A DNA stretch of 64,000 bases from Neocallimastix sp. 'constans'. Taxonomy: Eukaryota. The stretch covers positions 62,001-126,000 of the forward strand of contig JBODTK010000141.1 of the NCBI GenBank assembly GCA_050613775.1, written 5' to 3'. The position numbers were made by a program, and so were the translations under genes. A model generated the notes under the pieces. That model had not been told where the DNA came from. It saw only the letters and a list, made by a program, of their open reading frames with translations, and made no database searches. This document shows, piece after piece, positions 11,899 to 26,600 of this stretch; the first letter of the stretch is position 1; each line of letters begins with the position of its first letter.

Positions 11899-14293
11899 TA
11901 GGAACCAAAATTTCAACTTTATAGATAGGTCAATCCAATGATGGAACCAAAGCTGTAAGGTTTCTAAGGGGATCAGCAATTAGTATAACAATAAAATTTT
12001 TTAATTATTTTCGATTTATTTGCAATCTCAATCTTTTTATTAATCTTAACTTTGTTTTTATATCAATTATTCAATCAAAAAACTTTTCTACACTATACTA
12101 CTAACAATATTGTTTTTGTTTTATTTTTTCTCTTATATCTTTAAATTTTTCTATACTATAAATATATATATATATATTTTTTTTTTATAGTTATATATGT
12201 TATTTTATATCTCTATATATATTTTTTACCTTAGGTTTTTTTAATTTTCATATCCTTTTTCAATATATTAACATATAAAAAAATAATAATTATTATTTTA
12301 TTTTATTTTTATTGAATAAATAATTTTTCCATTAATATTGTCTTTTTTTTTAATATATCTTTGGAAATTCATTTCATGTGAAACAATTAACTTTTATTTT
12401 CAGTAATCTTAAATGTTAATACTTAATAATTCTTTGGTATATAATCCTTATAATCAATTCAATTTTAATAGAAATTAAAGCAGTTCTTTTCTCAACAAAC
12501 TCTAAACATGGATGCTTCTTACTCAGTTAATACTACTCCCATCTATCGTGGTTTCTACCGCTTCGGTAATCATATGAACAATTATAGCCTTATTTTTATC
12601 CATGAACTTAATTCTTGTTCTCCTAGTAAACTAACTAGTGGCTCAAGTTATTAGTAAGATCCCTAACTACTAATTAATCCATATATTAAAAAATTTTTTT
12701 CTCCAAGGTATGGCTCATACTTCATTATTAGGGTTAATAAACACAAAAATTATCTCAACTTTTTCGATGTTTTAAATTTCTTAAGAGAAAAAATTCATGA
12801 ATCAGCTAAAACTAAAATTAACTTTGTACATAAAAATCAAAAAATATAAATGTGTAAAATATGACAATATTTTAGAACGTTACTGGAAATCGGTTTCCAA
12901 ATTTCAAGGTATTAAAGATCAAAACTACGATAGTAACAAGTTCTTAAATAATAAAACTATAATTATGCTTAGCTTAAAATATCCTCAATTCAACTTAGGG
13001 TTTTCCCGGTTTATTCGTTTAAGCTGTCGTTATAAATACATACTATATATATTAAAATGGGTAGAGTTTCGGAAGATTGTCCCAAGACTTGCCCCTGTTG
13101 TGGTGATGGTAATTAATCTTTTGAACATTGGATTTTCAAATGCGATGCTCTTGCATATTTTAGATGGAATTCTTTAAATTTCATCGATGATCTCTATGTT
13201 TTGTTCGTTAGGAGTATTAAAGTGTTAAATCATCTTTCTTCCTATGACTCTATTTCTGATTTTGAAGATTATATCAATCATTATATATACATGTTCCTTC
13301 TAGCGGAACTTTAGCTTTAAATGAACCACATTTCGATAGTGGGGAACAGAGACAATTAAATGAACTACTTTTCAAAGGTTCATCTGAGTCACCTGTTCCA
13401 AAAATTGTGGGCATGGCAAAATTCTTAATTATCACAATACGTATCATAAGTAGTTCGTTTGAGCAATTATTTTATAGGTATTCCAAAATACCAAACTTAA
13501 CCAATAGCGTCGTACTGATAAGGCATAATGATAATACAGGATCATCATATTTTCATACGAAGGGGGAATCTCGCCTTAGTAGTTCAATAAATGAGGAATC
13601 CGGGGAGAATTTAGTAGACATCACACTATCTATTTTAAAGGTGTTACTTCTAGGTTTAATTATTTTTTTATTTGGTAGTAAAGGTGAATTCCCGCATAGA
13701 ACAACTTGTTGAAATACATAGTATTTTTGAGTTTTTTTATTTTTTATTTTTTTTAACTTTTATTTTTATTTTTAATTTCAAATGTACTTTTTACTTACAT
13801 GCAATTTTTATAATAAAATTATGGAAGTGTACTCTCTTCCTTGTCTAAAAAAAAAAAAAAAAAAAAAAAAAATTCAACTTTATAGATATTACTTCTTTGT
13901 TTTATTCTATTAAATATCCTTGATTGATATACCGACGGAATAAGCGCAAACTAACCAAGAGCGTCAACTCTGAAAATGAAGTAATACAGGATAGCAGGGC
14001 CAATGCCTCTGAAGTAGAATACCATAATTTCTTTCAGATAGTCAATTCAAACCCTAATCCATAAGGTGGTGAGGTTCGTCGCATATGAACTTTTTTCTGA
14101 ATTTATTTATACACTTATTTTTGAATATTACTTTTTATTTCACATTATTATGTTCTTATTACACAAATTATGTTCATTATTTTTAATAATTATGTGTTTT
14201 TTTATAAAAAAAATATTTATTTTATTAATAAATGAATAAATAAATAAAGCTAAAGTTCTCAATAATTGCAGCTGTAAATAAAAAAAAATAAAA
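11895..14293 (+). mobile_element. 3'-end remnant of an older LINE (element D), interrupted by element C
   Basis: 13952-14063 translates ...TKSVNSENEVIQDSRANASEVEYHNFFQ..., similar to element A's TKSVNAEETVRQASRASATNEDHNF. It is followed by a T-rich 3' UTR, AATAAA and a decayed A tail near 14276-14293. Confidence 0.7.
11928..13872 (+). mobile_element. Internally deleted non-autonomous LINE (element C): 5' UTR and ORF start joined to the ORF C-terminus and 3' tail
   Basis: 16-bp TSD TTCAACTTTATAGATA at 11912-11927 and 13873-13888. ATG 12508 gives a peptide homologous to the element A N-terminus. From about 12835 the sequence matches the post-RT region (YWK...YD.NKF, CPKTCPCC, HWIFKC across frameshifts). 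AATAAA at 13812, poly(A) at 13847-13872. Confidence 0.85.
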
Positions 14294-14636
14294 TATTTTT
14301 GATTAATATGTGATATGATATCAATACATAGATATTAAAGTCATAATTAATTTAAAATATTATCATTGTATTTTAAATTATATTCTATTAAAAATTAAAC
14401 CATATATATATATATATATATAAAAGTTTTATTATTTAAATGCATTCTTATTCATTTTTCATGTACTTCTATTTTTACAAGTTTTAATATTTCTAATTTT
14501 TTTTGTTTGAAATGCCATGTTATAATGTATTTTTTATTTATTCATTTATTTATAATGTATTTATAATGAAAAAAATATTAATATATTAATATATTTATGA
14601 AGTAATATTTTTTTTTCATTTAAAAAAAATTTTTTA

Positions 14637-15100
14637 ATAATTACTGTGGTATTTCACTCAATAATATAGGGTTAAAGATTCTGTCAAAAATTTTCATTAA
14701 AAAATTTTCGGACCATGCTTTTTTTCATGAAATTATTAGACCAGATAGATTTGGTTTTTTGAAATTAAAATGAATGTATTAGTTTATTTGTCTCAATTTC
14801 GTGTATTTTGTAGAAAAGAAAATTTAATGATCAATTTTTTTTTTTTTTTTTGTTTTTCTTGATCTCAAAATAGTTTATTATTCGGTTCCAATTTATAATA
14901 TTCTTAACAAAACTTAATAATATTGGTATTCGTGTTAAGTGCCTTAAGTTCATTACTAATCTATATCTTACTTTAAATGGTAAACTTTCAAAAAATTTTC
15001 TTATACATCGTAGTATTCTCCAAGGATATCATTTATTTCCTATTTTATTTAATAAATGCATCAATGACATATTTGATAAATGCAAGAGATACAGTGTGAT
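14637..15100 (+). pseudogene. Decayed LINE reverse transcriptase fragment
   Basis: Across frameshifts it reads NYCGISLNNIGLKILSKI, IIRPDRFGF, FLDLKIVYYSVP, IGIRVKCLKFITNLYLT and QGYHLFPILFNKCINDIF, collinear with the element A RT. Confidence 0.8.
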
Positions 15101-15374
15101 TACTGATTTAAATGAAACGGTTAATGTATTAAATGTCAATAGGAGAAGTTTTTGTTCAATTTTGAAATTTATCAGGATTCTTCTTTGAAAAGACTTTATC
15201 AAGAATCAAGACAAACCAATCCTTCAATTATACATTTTTCATCTAGGGAGATAGATGTATTAGTGAAGCAATATAACAAATTTATAAAAATGATTATCTA
15301 AATGAAGAATAGCAAAATATATATATATATTAAAAAAAGGTGTTAATATTTTCAATACTAACGTTTACAAAGGG

Positions 15375-15406
<32 letters not shown>

Positions 15407-15624
15407 TATAATAATAATAATAATAAATATAATAATAATAATAATAATAATAATTATAATAATAATAATTATAATAATAATAATAATTATAATACTAACT
15501 TTTTAATAATTATAAATTATTATTTATAAATTATACTTTTTCATATTTTTTTTTTTTTTTTTTTTTTGTAATAATTATATAAATTATATATATATATTTT
15601 TTTGTAATAATTATATAAATTATA

Positions 15625-15658
<34 letters not shown>

Positions 15659-16149
15659 GTAATAATTATATAAATTATATTATATTTATAAATTTTCTTA
15701 ATATCTTTTTAAAATTTAAAAATGTTATATATTTTATAAAATTATTAAGAAAATTTTTTTAATATAATGGTTATTATGATAATGAAAAATAATATTGTTT
15801 GATTTTGAAATGTGAATAGTAATGAAAATAATATAAATTCTTTTTTTTTTAAAAAATTTTATTTTTGTTTAAATTTTTGTTTTAAATCTTCTTGACTCTT
15901 TTGTTCAAAAGTAGTGTGACATTGAAGGGCTTTTTTTTTTTTATGTTTTAAATATTATAATAAAAATATATTTTTTATATTTTTCTATATTTTTTTATCT
16001 GTTAAACCAACTATATTAAAAGGAATTCATCATAAATATAATATGCATATGTATATTAACAATAAATCATGGTTTCCATTACCCATTTTTATTTATTTTA
16101 ATTGGAAGAAAATATAATTATTTATTGTTTTATTTATTATTTATTTATT

Positions 16150-17290
16150 TTTTTTTTTTTAAATTTTTTTTTATGCATGGAATAAACTTTATTTAATAGT
16201 ATTTATTACAAAAATTATATGAAAAAAAATACAAAAATAAAAAGCTTTTATCGATACTAACTCCATGTTGATAAAATTTTTTCATTCGAATCTGATTCAG
16301 AATTTCTTCTTTGCCTTACTGGTTCGACGTTGACGCTCTTGACGAAGTTAGGTCTAATGGTATGCAAATTGATCGTAGTAAAAAAATCACTAATCCCAAA
16401 AGACATAACATTAGGAAGGAATTCCGTAAGCTCCACAAAATAAGATATCAGAAAGAAGACTCTCTCGAAGGTGATTGAAAGATATTATTAATAAAGAGTC
16501 TTCTTTCCTCCTGAACCATTATTTAAGATTTAATATATTACATTTCCGCCAAGAAGGAGACACAGTATGTAAAAATTAATATTATAATCAAAACTCTCTT
16601 CTTTGTCATTAGGAATGTTAGACGATTTCTAATAAGCAATCAGTGAAAAATTAATAATAATTTCATCAACAAATTGAATTTATTGTTGTCAAAAATTTAA
16701 GATATAAAAGTATCCAATGTGTAAAGCTATGTATGAATTCACTTTCATCACTACCAGGACAGCCTGTTGGGCAATTTCTGATACCAATTCATTTTCTACA
16801 TTGGTTTCACATTAAATTTAAATCCCCATTTAATTTATCCAATCCAAAAAAAAATTCCAAGAGAAAATTGTGTATATTTTAGTGATAATCGTTCAAATTT
16901 AAGCTTCTTGAATTTTATTATTCTAATTGCAAGGGTACTTGAAAAATGAACATTTTCCAAGTAAAACTTTCGTATTTATCCCTGAAGTTTATTATTGTGT
17001 TTGCATATTATTAATCTAGGTGCTTTTTATTATCTATTAATAATGTGAAAGTGTCTATATAATTTTAAGTAATTATGAAACAATACAAGAAGAATCTTTC
17101 TATTTTTTAAAGTATCGAATGAATCATTGCCTTAGTACAAAAGCTAGTTATAGGATATATATATATATATATATAGTTTTTTAGACATGTTATAAAGAGT
17201 GGGATTGGAAGTCTTATTTTTAAACCAAAAACTCCAAAACAAACCTCGATTAAAATGCATCTTGATCTTTTTCAGTGTTTTTTTTTATAT
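16150..17290 (-). mobile_element. Decayed 3' portion of a LINE in reverse orientation (element E)
   Basis: The minus strand gives RGLFWSF, NCPTGCPG...FTHW, LLGG and KSVNVEPVRQRRNSESDSN. It is closely similar to the remnant at 51100-51740. Boundaries are approximate. Confidence 0.75.
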
Positions 17291-17825
17291 TAAATTCATT
17301 TTCAAATTCATTTTTTACTGTTCCATAATAAATAATACATAGATATTTTATATATATATATTTATACATATTTATTTTAACTGCTTCAAAGTTAATTTTC
17401 ATATCCATTCCCTAACATATATCAAATTAGGAAAAAAAAATGGTTATATTATATAAAAATAAAATAATTATTTTTATAAAATCTTCATTTGTAATAACTT
17501 TAATGATCGAGAATGTCAGGGATTTATAAATAATTATAACAGTAATAAAGAATTATAATAATTATCCAAATAAATAATAAACTATTATAATAATCTCGTA
17601 GGTGTTGTCTATTATAAAAATATTTATAATTAAAAATAATACTTAAAAATTAGATATATTGAAATATTCATCTTTTAATAATTATTTTATAATTATTTTT
17701 ATTATTAAACGAAGGTTTGACCTGTTAATTTTATTTTTCTTCTATTAATGGTTACACAAAATAATTTATCCATTTGATTTTGATTTTGATTTTTATTTTA
17801 TAACTATTATATTTTACTAATAATT

Positions 17826-17865
<40 letters not shown>

Positions 17866-18985
17866 ATAGTGTTCTTCTCTATGTTATATTGAAAAATATT
17901 AAATAATGAAAAGACAATCAACATTTAATTAATTTTAATGTTAAATTTTATTATATATTAATTGTATAAGAATGGTTAAAGTATTTCAGTTCTTTTATAT
18001 TTTCATTTTTATCCTATATAATAAAAATTATATATTTATTTTATTTTGATTTTTTTAATTAAAGCTCCCTTAACTATATTAGAACAATATTAATATATAA
18101 TAATGTATAATAGTAGTGTATAATAATACTAATAACAATTAGGATGAAAAGTGTTTTATAATAGCTTTAAACTACATCCTTTTTGCAATAGAAAATTTAA
18201 TAGACAATATATCATCATCCCTCTGAAACATATAAAGTTGCTTCAACCATAATCCATTTCATTAATGTAAAAGATTAATTACAAAATAAAAAAAAGATAA
18301 TAAAAAAAAGATAATATTATTCATATATTTTTTTATTTTACCTTATTTATTTTATGTATATTATTATTCATATAAATTAAGTGTGTTTGTGGTTTAATTG
18401 TTAATCAAGAAGATATGTCATTTAACGATCTTGGTATTATTATGAATCCACATAGTAAAAACTTTTATATTTATAATCTATTTATATTTTAAAATAATAA
18501 GTTAATATCTTTTTTTTTTTTTTTTTTTTTTTTTCAAGCCAGAAAAATCTAGTTTATTATATAGAACAAAAATTTGCTATATATCAAAAATATTAAATTG
18601 TCAAAATTAAATATATATATATATATATATTTTTTTTTTATATTTTTTTTGTATATTTAAAGATTAATGAATTTATATACTCATTATTATATATTTATAT
18701 TTTTAAATGTTTATAATACAAAATTCTAAAATCTATGAAAAAAAAAAAAAAAAATTTTTTTTTTTTATTTTAAATAATAGAACAATCATAATCATATTAA
18801 TAATAGAAAAAATATTTTTTTTCTTTTTTCTTATAATAAAATATTTTAAATATAAAATATTAAAAAAAAATTTTTTTTTCTTTTAGAAATTTATTTTAAT
18901 TTATTTTAATTTATTATTATTTTTTTTTTTTATTTATTTTATTATTGTTTTGTTCGTATTTTCATTTATTTAATAATTATTAATA

Positions 18986-20879
18986 ATGGAAGAACCTGCC
19001 CCACAAGGTAATACTTTTCAACAACTACAGCAACAACAACTCCGTAAAGGAGTTACAAGTCCATACCCTGTTCCTTCATCAAGAATGGTCTTTGATGGTA
19101 AAAGAATGAGAAAAGCAATTCAAAGAAGGACAGTTGATTATAATACACCAACTATTCACTGGCTAAAAGTATTGTTTATATAAATATATGTTTTTCATTA
19201 ATAATGAATTATAATATATATATTAAGATTATTATATATTTTATATATATATAATAATTATAATAATATATATATATATAAAAGAAATAAAATGAAATTT
19301 AACTTTTTGTTAAATGTTATTATTAAAAAAAAATAATAATAATAATAAAAACATATTATTAATTTTTATGCCTATTTTTTTTTAAATTTATAATTTATAT
19401 AATATATTCTATTTTTAAATTTATATATATATAAATTCCTATTTATATTTATTTTTTAATTTCTTATATATATTTTGTTTTATATCATCAACAAAATTTT
19501 TATATATAATTAACATAATAAAGAATCGTAGATGGCAACTTGATAAAAGAAGATATTTTAGTATGCAACCAGATTCAAAATTCATTATCAATGTAATTTA
19601 TATTTAATAAGAAATTTGTCATAAATAATTTTAATTATTTTTTTTTTTTTTACGAATAATTCATGAATTAATATTCTTAAATAAATATAATAATAATAAA
19701 TTATAATGAAATTTTAAATATAAATAATACAAACTTTATAACCATTAACAAAATTCTAATTGACAAAAACAATAACAACAACAATAAAAATAAAATAGTT
19801 ACCTTCACCAGTAGAAGTATCAAGTAATCCAGTATCTTCAATTACTACAAAGTTCGTTCATACATCAACAAATAAAATTCGTTGTCCAGTAAACGTTGTT
19901 CGGGTATTTATTTTGAAATAAATGTGTATTATATTAAAATATGGAATAAAATATAAATATATATTATTTAATAGCAATAATAAAAATAAGAATAAAATAA
20001 AAATAAAAACATTTGGTATTTAAAAATTTCATCCCAATAATAAAATGAAAAATAAAAAAAATAAAATGAAAAATTTAAAGAATATTATAATAATTTCGTT
20101 TTTCATTTTATATATTCTTTCTTGTATTTAATAGTGGACACCTGATGGTAGAAGATTAATTACAGGTTCTTCAAGTGGAGAATTTACATTATGGAATGGT
20201 TTAACCTTTAATTTTGAAACAATTTTACAAGTAAATGTTTATGCAAAGATTTGTAATTTTTCTTTGTAAAATAATAAAATATATTAACAAACAAAATTTA
20301 TATTTAATTAATTTACTATAATATTATTCATCATAAATATTATTCATAAATATTAAAAATATATTTCTAAAAAATTATTATAAAAAAATGAAATAAAATA
20401 AAATAAAATAAAATAAATATGAATATAAATAATAAAAAAAAAAATAAAAATAATATAAAGGCCCATGATACTGCAGTTCGTTCAATGATATGGAGTCACA
20501 ATGATAACTGGATGGTTACAGCTGATCATTCAGGAACTATTAAATATTGGCAATCAAATATGAATAATTTAAAAGCTTTTCAAGGACATAAAGAAGCAGT
20601 TAGAGATTTATCGTAAATAAACTTTTTTTTTTTTTTATTATTTTTATTTTTATTTTTATTTTTATTTTTTTATTTCATTTTTATTTTTAAAAAATATATT
20701 ATATATTCAATAGCTATAAGAAATAAATAATTTTGATTTGAAATTTTAGGTCATAATATATATATAATAACAATGATAATATTAATTTTATAATATTATA
20801 TAATTAATACAATATGAATAATTATTATTATAATTATTATTATTATTATCTTTTTTTATTTTATTTTATTTTATTTATT

Positions 20880-20935
<56 letters not shown>

Positions 20936-21756
20936 ATGTGCTCTTATTCTTTTTTTAAAAGTTTTTCACCTTCAGATACAAAATTTGCTTCATGTTCAGA
21001 TGATGGTTCCATTAAAGTATGGAGTTTTGCAGATGCTCAAGAAGAAAGAGTTTTAACAGGTATAAATATAATATTAATTTTTATTGTTTTATTGTAAAAA
21101 TAAATAAATAAATAAAATATAAGTAAAGTTAAATATAATAATGATAATAATAATAATAATCATTATAATAATTCATGAAATTAAAATAATAAAATCAATA
21201 AGGTCACGGTTGGGATGTAAAATGTTTAGATTGGCATCCATATAAAGGTTTATTAGCTTCTGGAAGTAAAGATAGTCTTGTAAAATTATGGGATCCAAAA
21301 ACAGGAAAATCATTAACGACATTGTAATTATTTATTATATTTCTATATTTTGATTTAAAATATATATATTATAAATATATATACAATATATTAATAACTT
21401 TTTTTTTTTTAATTATTAATATTTTATTATTCATTAAATAAATGAATAAAAGGCATGGACATAAAAATACTATTTTAGGATTAAAATGGAATAAAAATGG
21501 TAATTGGTTAATTACAGCTTCAAGAGATCAAGTTATAAGAATTTTTGATATTAGAACAATGAAAGAATTCCAAAACTTTAGAGGTCATAAAAAAGAAGTT
21601 ACAGGTAAGAATTCTAGCCAAAAAAAAAAATTAAATATCATATTATAATAATAGAGTTTTTTATAAAAATAATTATAATATAAAATTAATAAACTTTTTA
21701 TTATTATTAATAATATTATTATAATAATTTTTTAATTTTTCTATTTCTTTTTGCTC

Positions 21757-21794
<38 letters not shown>

Positions 21795-22065
21795 TTCAAT
21801 AAATAATTTAATAAAAAATAATAAAAATAAAAATAAAATAAAATAAAATAAAGCCGTTCAGTGGCATCCAATTCATGAAGATTTGTTTGTTAGTGGTGGT
21901 TCCGATGGATCTATTATGTTCTGGAGAGTTGGGTAATTATTAATTGCTCTACAGAAAATAAATATATTACTTTATATTATGTACCTTTTTTCTTTTTTTT
22001 TTTTTTTTTTTTTTTTTTTTATTTATTTTACTAACTTATTTTATTATAATCGTCTCTCTCTTTTT

Positions 22066-22103
<38 letters not shown>

Positions 22104-22712
22104 TTTTCTTATATATAATATTATGTATATATATGTATATATATGTATATATATTTAAAAATTGTTTTGTATTAATTTAAAAAGTGTGGATCATTATTTA
22201 AGTGATATGGAAGCTGCACATGAAAGTAATATTTGGTCATTAGATTGGCATCCAATTGGTCATATTTTGGTTAGTGGCTCAAATGATCATTCAACACGTT
22301 TCTGGACCAGAAACAGACCTGGAGATACTATGCATGATAGATTTAACGTTTCAAGAAAAGAAGCTGAAGAATTGGGTCTTAAAGCTGAAGGAGATGAAGG
22401 AGAAGGAGAAGGTTCGTCAAAATTATATAAATAATAATAATAATAATAAATAATAATAAATAAATAATCATGATTTATAATACTATTCTAATTCTAAATA
22501 ATAGAAAATATAATAGTTATTATTATTATTATTATTGTTGTTGTTGTTGTTTATTTAATTAAAATATATCTCTTTTTATTAGCTTTTATTATTTTTTATA
22601 TATATTCTATTATTTATTAATTTATTTTTCATAAATATTATATTTATATGTTATTTATATATTATATTTATTATTTTTTATATGTACGTATATATATATA
22701 TTAATATATTTC

Positions 22713-22743
<31 letters not shown>

Positions 22744-23690
22744 TAATAGAAGAAGATTATCAATTACCAGGTCTTGGTTCAAACCCAGCAATTTTACATC
22801 AACATCAAGTTAGCGCATTACCAGGTATGGGTAGTAGTTTATCAAAATCTCAATTTATGAATGATGATAATGATACTTTTACCCCACCTCAAAGAAACTA
22901 TTCCCATAATAATAATACCCACTATATTAATAATATGAATGATAAGAATGATAAGAAAGATAAATCTAATATGATGAATTCATCCATACCAAAATTCGGA
23001 ATGAATGATAAGAATATGAACAATAGTTATAATAACAATCACAATCCTCATAATACTCATCTAAATAATCATTTGAATAATAATAATAATATGAATACCA
23101 ATACCAATAATAATATGAATAATAATAATATGAATAACAATAATAATATTAATAATAGTAATAACAATAATAATAATAATAATATGAAACCAAATATAGG
23201 AATGAATATGAATATGAATCCAAATATGAATTCCAATATGAATTCCAATATGAATCCAAATATGAATCCAAATATGAATCCTAATATGAATCCAAATATG
23301 AATCCAAATATGAATCCTAATATGAATCCAAATATGAATTCAAATATGAATGGCATGAATCCAAATATGAATGGTATGAATAATATGAATAATATGGGTA
23401 TGGGTATGGGTATGAACCAAAATAGAAGAATGAATAGAAATATGAATAGAAATATGAACAGAAACAGAAATATGAATTATAATAAGAGAAATGATCGAAA
23501 TATGAATAATATGAATAATATGGGTATGAATGGTATGGGTATGAATAATATGGGAATGAATGGTATGGGAATGAATAATATGGGTATGAATAATATGAAT
23601 AATATGAATAATATGAATAATATGAATAATATGAATATGCCAATGAATATGAATATGGGAGGTATGAATAGAAGAAGACAAAATCGATGA
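18986..23690 (+). CDS. PFS2: Polyadenylation factor subunit 2 / WDR33 (WD40 CPSF subunit) with an N/M-rich C-terminal tail; 11 exons
   Basis: Exons 18986-19168, 19524-19592, 19799-19903, 20135-20230, 20461-20612, 20962-21059, 21203-21323, 21453-21604, 21854-21932, 22185-22411, 22750-23690, all phases compatible. Motifs [78 protein letters not shown]. Confidence 0.95.
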
Positions 23691-26600
23691 AGAAATTTTA
23701 TTTAAAAATAAAAAAAAAAAAAGTTTTTTTTTTTTTTCCCTTTATCCATTTACTTTATAATTTTTCTTGTAATCTTTTATATATATATATATATATTATT
23801 TTCAAATATCAGTTTTATATGAATGAATTATATTTCATTCTATTTTATTATAGAGTATTTATTATTTAATTTTTTTTTTTATTTAATTATTTTTTTTTTC
23901 TTTTTTTTTAAAAAAAAAAAATAAAATGAAAAAATAAATTAATTAATAAATAAATAAATAAATAATAAAATAAGAAAGAAAGAAAGAAAGAAAGAAAGAA
24001 AAAAAGAAAGAAAGAAAGTAAGAAAGAAAGGAAAAAAGAAAAGAAAAGGAAAAACAGATAAAAATAATAATAATAAAAATAAAAAAAAATAAAAAAAAAA
24101 TAAAAAAAAAAAAAAAAATTAAAATAAAATACAGATATTTAATTAATTATTATATTTCAATTAATCCAACTATTATATTTGTAAAATATCTTAGTTACGT
24201 GCTTAATTACATTGTACGTTATACTACATTATTAAAGGTTAAGCTGTTTCTATTTAATAGGATCAGTATTTAATAGTATTAATGGCAATGTTAACGTTAA
24301 ATGTTACCAATTATGTTGTAATGACATATTCTTAAATGAATAGATATCTTTCTTTATGTAAAAAAAAAAAAAAAATCAATAAATAAACACAAAATAAAAT
24401 ATAAATATAAAATATTATTTTCGATTTAAAGTGTTATATCTAACATTATTTATATAATATTAATAATAAATTCTTATTTTTCATTTTCTATAGTTATTTT
24501 ATTTTATTTTATTTTATTTTTATTAATACTTTAATCTTTTATATTACTTTACTATTTTATTTATTTATTTTTTTTTTTTTATATATATGTATAAATACAT
24601 ATTATATATTATATATCATTGTTTTTTTTCCTTAAAAAAAAAAAAAAAAAAATTAAATATTTAGTAAATAAATAAATAAAATTTAAAATATATATATATA
24701 TATAAAAGATTTTTTATTTTAAAGTTATTTATTTATATTGAATTATCCTATTAATTAATTATTATTATAAATATTAATAGTTAATAACTAAAGATCCAAA
24801 TTAATAATAAATGTTATATATTAAGAAAAATATTTATATAATAAATAATAATAATAATAATAGTTAAAAAAAAAAAAAAAACTAATTTAGGTTTTATTAT
24901 TTAATAATATAATTATTATAAATATATCAATATTAGTAAAATTTAAGAAGTCTAAATTTATATGAATGAAAAAAAAAATTTTATATTATAAATATATATT
25001 ATATATTTTGTTAAGTATTAGCTACATTATAATTATACATTATACATTGTAATATTAATACGCCACAATTAGCCACATTATGAATACATTAGTTATTAGA
25101 TAGTTATTAAATAGTTATTATAAATCTTATTTATTATATTTTGTTAAACTGTAATATTCTTTATTATGTAATATTCATATAATTAAATATATAAATAAAA
25201 GCCATATTAACTATAAATAATCATAATTGAAATTGTGAGATTTCAGTTACATTCTTAACATATTTTATATTATATATATTTTTGGTAAAGACAATAATGG
25301 AATATCTATATAATTTATTTGGTAAAAATTTTAATGAAATATGTATATAATTTTTAATAAATATTTTAACTGGTTAGGAACTTTTTGGATTCTATGTATT
25401 TTTTATTTATTTATTTATATTAATATTATTATCTTTATATAAAGAAAAAATTAATTCTGAGATAGTTTTTATTATTATTATCACATAAGTATAGTTTAAA
25501 TAACAAATATTAAAAAAATATATTTATATTTTTCTACATATATATATATTAAAAGAATCTTCATTATAAAATCTTAAATAAATTTTAATTAATATTTATA
25601 TATAAAATAATTATTTATATATAATTTTATTTTTTATAAATAATTTCATTTTTTATATATTTTATTTTTATATAATTTTATTTTTATATATTATTTTATT
25701 TTTTATAAATAATCTTATTTTTTATAGATATTTTTTTTTTTATATATATATTTTATATATAAATATATTCATATATAAAAAATATAAAAAATAAAATTTT
25801 ATATATCCTAAAAATTAATTATTAAATGGCAGTAAAAATGTGAAATACAATTTAATATTTATTATTATATATTAGATAATATTCAACTTTTATTTAATAA
25901 TAATATAATAAAATAATTAATATTCAGCTATTATTTATGTATTATACAATGAAATAATTAATATTTACCTCTTTTGTTTATTAATTATAATGGAAGTGGC
26001 TATTATATATATATAAGAGTAATTAAATAAATATATAATTTAAAACAAATTTTTTTTTATTTATTATTAATTTGTAATCTGGTAATTTTTTAATTAGTAA
26101 AAAATTAATATATAATAATTTTAATCTATTTTTTATTTTATAATTTATTTGGTATATATTATTATTTATATAGAAAATATTGAAAAAATAAAATAAAAAG
26201 GTAATTATCAATAGTATTTTTTCTGTTTTTCTATATATATATACATATACATATAATATGTTTAGTAATAACAATAAATATACGTATATATTTATTTTAT
26301 AAATATAAATATTATTTACATATTTTCTATAATATTTTCTATTTTATTTATTATATTTATATTTTTTATTTATTTTATTTTTATGTTTTAAAGCCCTAAC
26401 TCTATATTTTAAAAAAATTAATTTTATTATATTTTAAAAATTTTATTTTTTTTTGATAATTTTTTTAATTAAAAGTATCTTTTGTTAATTAAAAGTATCT
26501 TTTTTCTATTTATCGAAATAGCTTTAAATACTCTTTACAGAAATAAAAATATATACCATTTCATTAATAAAATGAAAAAAATAATAAAAACACTATATAA

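Noticed and set aside
15105..15315. Coding-like stretch (FEIYQDSSLKRLYQESRQTNP...)
   Set aside because: Probably a TE relic, but there is no recognisable motif, start or splice structure.
18140..18460. Isolated hairpins upstream of PFS2 (AGGATG/CATCCT; TGTGG..TCAAGA/TCTTGG..CCACA)
   Set aside because: Short stems in AT-rich DNA with no complete snoRNA box set.
23069..23681. Minus-strand (GFIF)n, (YYS)n and (HII)n ORFs
   Set aside because: They are antisense shadows of the PFS2 low-complexity exon.
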